Shown: piece after piece, positions 35,382 through 39,875 of the stretch
How the letters are laid out: each line of letters begins with the position of its first letter
How positions within the stretch are numbered: the stretch's first letter is position 1
Virus record (IMG/VR): IMGVR_UViG_3300037484_000138
Coordinates: 1-39,875 of that record
Direction: 5' to 3' (one strand)
DNA: 39,875 nt
DNA from: a virus
Lineage: Duplodnaviria > Caudoviricetes
The notes under the pieces: generated by a model
The model's input: the letters and a program-made list of their open reading frames with translations, nothing else
What the model was told of the DNA's origin: nothing
The model's database searches: none
Position numbers and translations under genes: made by a program

Positions 35382-38300
35382 CTACTCCCCTCCATACAAC
35401 ATACTCGGCACCACCACACTATTGATCCACGTATCCAGGTCATCGTTCGGCCTGCCCGCCATGATCCACTGTTGCTCCAGCGCCTTGCGTGCCCCATTCG
35501 GAATCTTCTCCCCGCTGTACGCATAGCCTGCCACATACTCCTCCAGCGTCGGCGGCCATAGCGAAGTATCCACACGCTTGAACACCTGCCCATTCATCAC
35601 AGGCACAAGGTCGGGATAGCTGTCATACCATGAGTCCTTCCAATCCCAATACTTCTTCAAGCTGGGGTTCCGTCTCAGGTAGCCCACCCTCTCGCTCTTC
35701 GGCAGTGCATAATACCCAGCCTGCACCTCGTAATAATCAGGGAACTTCTCAGTCCTCTGCCCAAAGAACTCATCGGTAATGCGCGTCACGCTCGGGTCAT
35801 AAAGGTTCACACCTGGCACCTGCTCCATCTCCATCGGCGCTGTGCTGGCAGTCAACGGCGCACCGCTCTGCATCTTCGGCACCCTCTGATCCAACGCCCG
35901 CGCCCACTCGATCAGCGTATCAGTACCGATGGACTCATACGAACGTGTCTCCTTGTTCAAGAACGCCTGCCCAAACAGATCACCGCTCTCGATCGCAGGC
36001 ACCTCCCCGCCCCCGCTCAACACACGGTCCCACTCGATCAACGTCTCCAGCGGTATCGCCGCATAGTCCCGCGTTTCCTTGTTCATAAAGCTGTCGCGCC
36101 ACAGGTCGCCCAACTCAGCGTTCACCTGCTTCTGGTTCGTCTTACCCAGCGCCATATACTTCTCCCACACCTGCCCCTTCAATGCGCTGTACCCATCCCA
36201 CACCTTGCCCACCAGGAACGATTGCATCAACTCATCGTCGCTCTTACCCTTCGCAAGGTACGCCTCATATTCAGGATGCTCCTCAAAGAACTCAGTCACC
36301 GCCTCCTTATCCCCTCGGTCATACTTCGCCCAGGTCTCGTTCCATTCCTGCTTCAATCCGCGATACTCCAACTCACCCTCAGGCAGTAAGCCCGAACCGA
36401 ACAGCGTAGGCAAGGCCGCCTGCGTCAAACCCTTCAAGCCCTCGCCCAGGTTCTCCCCATGCAAACCCGCATAGATCGCGCCCATCGTCGGCACGCGCAT
36501 TGCCAGTTCCAACTTCACCCGCTCGGTCGCCTGCTCCCACAACTCGCCCTGCTTCTCGATCATCGCCGTCTGTGCCTGCTCCGAATCGATAAGTCCCTCC
36601 GCCGTCATATTCGTAAGCTGTCTCTTGATGTAATAATCTCCATACTCGCCCAATGTAGGCAAGCCAGCCTTCTTGCGTGCCCACTCCTCAGGCTTCCCCA
36701 ACAACCCGATCAGATCCCCGAACGGTTCCGCCCACGTCCCCTGTGACACCGCATCCAATGCGCGGCTCGTATTCAACAACGGCGTCGGGTTCACCTTGTT
36801 CTTATCGCCCTTCGAGATCCCAGGCACCCCGATCCCCATCGCATTCAACGGAGCCGATAGATACCACGCCGGCCCAAACATTGTGCTGAAGAAGTCCGCA
36901 GGGTTGGCGATCTCACTCTCACGCCTGATCTTCGCTTCTGCCAATGCCCTCTCCCAATCCGATCCGCTTCTACTCTGCGCCGCCATCTGCACCCGTTCAT
37001 CAGACATCGCCCCCTCTGACGCCCACTCCTGCATGATGCGCTCCGCCTCTAACTCCTGCTGTGTGCTGTCTGCCTGCATCCTCTCGAAAGGACGCAGGAA
37101 ACCCAACGGCGTGAACAGGTTCGAGAGCGGGTCAATGTACAACGAGTCTCCCATCCAATCGGGCATCCACGGCGCATTGATCTTGATCTTGTTCCGCAGT
37201 CTCTCAGGGATGTCCCTCTCATATCGGTTCTGCTGGTTCCGCATACGCGCCACATTCGCAAACCACGCAGGCTTATCCAACGCCCGCCCCGCCCACGTCA
37301 TCATCGAACGTGAATAGAAGAACTGATACGGGTACACCACATCCATCCATCGGTCGAACCCATAGCGTTTGTTATAGTTCAACATCGCAAAGTCGCGCCT
37401 CTGCTCCCCCCAACGCATCGCCGCCAGCTTGCTCGTCGCCATATCATTCTTCACCCCATTCATATATTGGCGTAGTTCGCGCTGAGCGGAGGGTACTCCC
37501 GCAGACGAAGCGCCTACAGTCGAAGTGCCCAACGCCTCACTGATCGGCCTCTCACCCAACTGCTTCACCGCCCCCTCCTCCATGCTACTCAACAACGGCT
37601 TCACGAACTTACTCCACCCCTCATCCATCACCTGCGAATGGGGTAAGAACTGACTCGCACTATCCAGCGCCCCCACAGGTTGCACGTTATCCTGAAACAA
37701 AATGTTAGGATCATTCGGGTCGAACGTCCCACGGTTGTTCACGCTCTTGATCTGCTCAGGTTCAAAGACGATATATACTTCTAATGGGTTGCCAAGTTCC
37801 GTATTCCATTTTCCAATCACACCATCATAGTTGCTGTGGAGTTCTGTAAAATCCTTCTGGTTTACTAGCTTGCTCCACTCTCTCTGACTTTTAATTTCTA
37901 GTGGTCTCTTTAGGCTAACATAAACATCCATAACCTTACCACCATAGTACTTAGATAGATCCTTATCGTCAGTGAAAAAGAAACCAAGATCATCGTAGCT
38001 CTTCCGTTTACTCTTCTCGAATATCTGAAAGTCCTCTTTTGTTCCGTGATACAAAACCTTGGGCTTTCCGCTCTCATCCACCACCTTGCTCTCACCGAAC
38101 CACCGCTTGAACTCTGGCGTATCCACTGGCTCGGCGCGTTGAAACAAAGCATCTGCCTGCGTCGGCTGTCCACTCTTCACCCTCGCCAAATTCTCCTGCA
38201 CATATGCCGCATGTGACTCTTCTGCAAGTTTCTTCATGCGATCTCTAGCTTTGGGTGGCAGTGGGTTCTCTATATCGCGCAACAGTCCCAACTCGCGCAA

Positions 38301-39875
38301 GTATATCGCCTCCTCAGCAGTGGCGTATCCTTTTTCTTTTACACTTTTCAATACTTCCGATCTTCTCTGTCCCTCTGGTACTTCCACCCCTCTGCCCTTC
38401 TGCCCCTCCTCCCCCAGCATCCTATCAAACACACCCCTCACCTCATCCGTCAACTTCACATCAATCGCGCTACCCGTGATCGTGCGGTAGATCTCCAGCA
38501 TCCAATTCTTGAAAGACTCAAACGCCCGTGCCAGCTTCGGCGTCGGCGCTTTCCCTTCCGCAAGATACTCCTCGAACCCGCGTGCAAACTTCTCCTCTGC
38601 CGTCCTGTCCCATGTGCCATCCTTCACCCCCGCCCATGACTCAATCGTATCCAAGTCTGCCCGTATCTCCACATCCCCTGTCCGCGCCGCCACATCGCTC
38701 AACACACGCCTGAACACATGCGCATTCTCATGCACCAGCGTACTGAAATCCTTGCTCTCGAACGCATGGATCGTAGCCTTGATCCCCGTCTCATCAAACG
38801 TCACCGCCCCCTTCGCGTTTGAAGCATCTACGAACTTCCCTTCCTGAAACAACACATCAGTAGTCTGCTTCGCCACACCCTTTGCCATCTCAGGGTTCAA
38901 GCGATAGGCCGCATCCAGCAGTGCAATACGGTCAGCTTTCACATTCTCATTCCGCACCGCCCTCCGCAACTCCGCGCTCCCCTCCCGCACCAATGCCCGC
39001 GCATAACCCTCCACCTCCTGCGCCGTCATCCTGCGGTTCACATTATCCTGCTCCAGCCGCTCATCGCCAACATCTGAAAGCTGATCTTTCTTCACATCAT
39101 CGTAATACCTGCTATAGAACGCCTCCCCATTCTCGCCCGTCTTATTCTCATACCACCCGCTCAAAGCATCGCTCAACTCCATGTAAGCCGTAGCCTGCTC
39201 ATCGGTCAGGTCGAACGCTTCCGCAAACTTCTCCTTCATCATGTTGCGAGTCTCGGCATACTCCGCCCGCACTTCACCCGCAAACATCGCATCATCCGCC
39301 CGTGTCTTCGCCTCCGCAATGGATACATCCCGCGCTTCCACTTCCACCAGCGCAACCACCTCGTCTGAAACACGGCTCACATAATCAGCCCACGTCTCCC
39401 TGCCGTTCACTGATAACTGATTACTCACATCTTCTGGCAGTTCCCCGATCTTCTCATATACTGCCGTCAAGTCCGCAGTCTGCACCGCCCGCTCGAAATC
39501 CACCTGCCACAACGCCGCATCGAACGGAACTTCCTCCACTGCCGCAAAATCAAACGCCTCCCCGAACGCCTTTGCCGCCGCCGCATCCTGTGCCCGCGCG
39601 ATCATCGCATCATGGTCGTGTGCCATCGGGTACACCTTGTCCCCGCGCCTTGCACGTTCCATCAATGCCGTCGTCTGTTGTATCCCGCCTGGGTCGTTCA
39701 CATCGGTCAGGTCAATCGGATATCCGTCATCTGCTAGCATCCGCGCCATCTCATCGATGCCGAACCCCTTCTTCGTAAACACTCCTGGTGCTGTCTTCGG
39801 TCGCTTCTCACCCGTCAGGTCCTTCGCAAGTTCAAGACTGATACCGCCATGCTCAGAGATCGCCCGCAGGATGGT
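35382..39875 (-). CDS. Giant polyvalent protein, C-terminal part: zincin-like HExxH metallopeptidase and ART-PolyVal-like domains
   Basis: STLVHENAH...EEKFARGFEEY...FKNWMLEIY; TPEFKRWFGESKVVD..GKPKVLYHGT..FFFTD..QIKSVNNRGTFD. Confidence 0.85.
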   Translation of the reverse strand, partial: TILRAISEHGGISLELAKDLTGEKRPKTAPGVFTKKGFGIDEMARMLADDGYPIDLTDVNDPGGIQQTTALMERARRGDKVYPMAHDHDAMIARAQDAAAAKAFGEAFDFAAVEEVPFDAALWQVDFERAVQTADLTAVYEKIGELPEDVSNQLSVNGRETWADYVSRVSDEVVALVEVEARDVSIAEAKTRADDAMFAGEVRAEYAETRNMMKEKFAEAFDLTDEQATAYMELSDALSGWYENKTGENGEAFYSRYYDDVKKDQLSDVGDERLEQDNVNRRMTAQEVEGYARALVREGSAELRRAVRNENVKADRIALLDAAYRLNPEMAKGVAKQTTDVLFQEGKFVDASNAKGAVTFDETGIKATIHAFESKDFSTLVHENAHVFRRVLSDVAARTGDVEIRADLDTIESWAGVKDGTWDRTAEEKFARGFEEYLAEGKAPTPKLARAFESFKNWMLEIYRTITGSAIDVKLTDEVRGVFDRMLGEEGQKGRGVEVPEGQRRSEVLKSVKEKGYATAEEAIYLRELGLLRDIENPLPPKARDRMKKLAEESHAAYVQENLARVKSGQPTQADALFQRAEPVDTPEFKRWFGESKVVDESGKPKVLYHGTKEDFQIFEKSKRKSYDDLGFFFTDDKDLSKYYGGKVMDVYVSLKRPLEIKSQREWSKLVNQKDFTELHSNYDGVIGKWNTELGNPLEVYIVFEPEQIKSVNNRGTFDPNDPNILFQDNVQPVGALDSASQFLPHSQVMDEGWSKFVKPLLSSMEEGAVKQLGERPISEALGTSTVGASSAGVPSAQRELRQYMNGVKNDMATSKLAAMRWGEQRRDFAMLNYNKRYGFDRWMDVVYPYQFFYSRSMMTWAGRALDKPAWFANVARMRNQQNRYERDIPERLRNKIKINAPWMPDWMGDSLYIDPLSNLFTPLGFLRPFERMQADSTQQELEAERIMQEWASEGAMSDERVQMAAQSRSGSDWERALAEAKIRRESEIANPADFFSTMFGPAWYLSAPLNAMGIGVPGISKGDKNKVNPTPLLNTSRALDAVSQGTWAEPFGDLIGLLGKPEEWARKKAGLPTLGEYGDYYIKRQLTNMTAEGLIDSEQAQTAMIEKQGELWEQATERVKLELAMRVPTMGAIYAGLHGENLGEGLKGLTQAALPTLFGSGLLPEGELEYRGLKQEWNETWAKYDRGDKEAVTEFFEEHPEYEAYLAKGKSDDELMQSFLVGKVWDGYSALKGQVWEKYMALGKTNQKQVNAELGDLWRDSFMNKETRDYAAIPLETLIEWDRVLSGGGEVPAIESGDLFGQAFLNKETRSYESIGTDTLIEWARALDQRVPKMQSGAPLTASTAPMEMEQVPGVNLYDPSVTRITDEFFGQRTEKFPDYYEVQAGYYALPKSERVGYLRRNPSLKKYWDWKDSWYDSYPDLVPVMNGQVFKRVDTSLWPPTLEEYVAGYAYSGEKIPNGARKALEQQWIMAGRPNDDLDTWINSVVVPSMLYGGE
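37479..37513 (+). repeat. REP-like family A variant inside giant CDS
   Basis: GCGCTGAGCGGAGGGTACTCCCGCAGACGAAGCGC. Confidence 0.7.
39749..39875. repeat. Terminal 127-bp duplication, copy 2
   Basis: Identical to 1-127. Confidence 0.95.

Larger units (their letters stand above)
1..39875. mobile_element. Complete circular temperate bacteriophage genome, probably podovirus-like
   Basis: Terminase, portal, capsid, endolysin, repressor and serine integrase present; identical ends; a reading frame continues across the junction; no tape measure or sheath gene recognised. Confidence 0.9.

Noticed and set aside
39749-39875. Biological direct terminal repeat
   Set aside because: 127 bp matches a common assembler k-mer and falls mid-gene; best read as circular overlap

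Overview
Apparently complete circular genome (39,748 bp unique; 1-127 duplicated at 39749-39875) of a temperate, probably short-tailed (podovirus-like) dsDNA phage. Nearly all genes are on the - strand; a + strand lysogeny block holds an XRE repressor, a membrane protein and a large serine recombinase. Late modules: holin-like genes, HGGxSTG TerS candidate, TerL, GH25 endolysin, portal, a 2,974-aa polyvalent protein spanning the contig junction, scaffold, capsid, SGNH/LamG protein and tail genes. Standout: a complete integron embedded between the early and late operons. An intact intI (13642-14622) is translationally coupled to a phage gene and followed, co-oriented, by five attC sites and five gene cassettes. 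Four cassette ORFs read into their attC, and two encode Zn fingers in the attC loop. Also seen: an identical 46-bp terminator-containing leader ahead of both late operons, two families of REP-like palindromes (some inside genes), a prepilin-like peptide and a candidate attP. The host is unknown (Chloroflexota is only a guess). All product calls come from motif recognition, not database searches.
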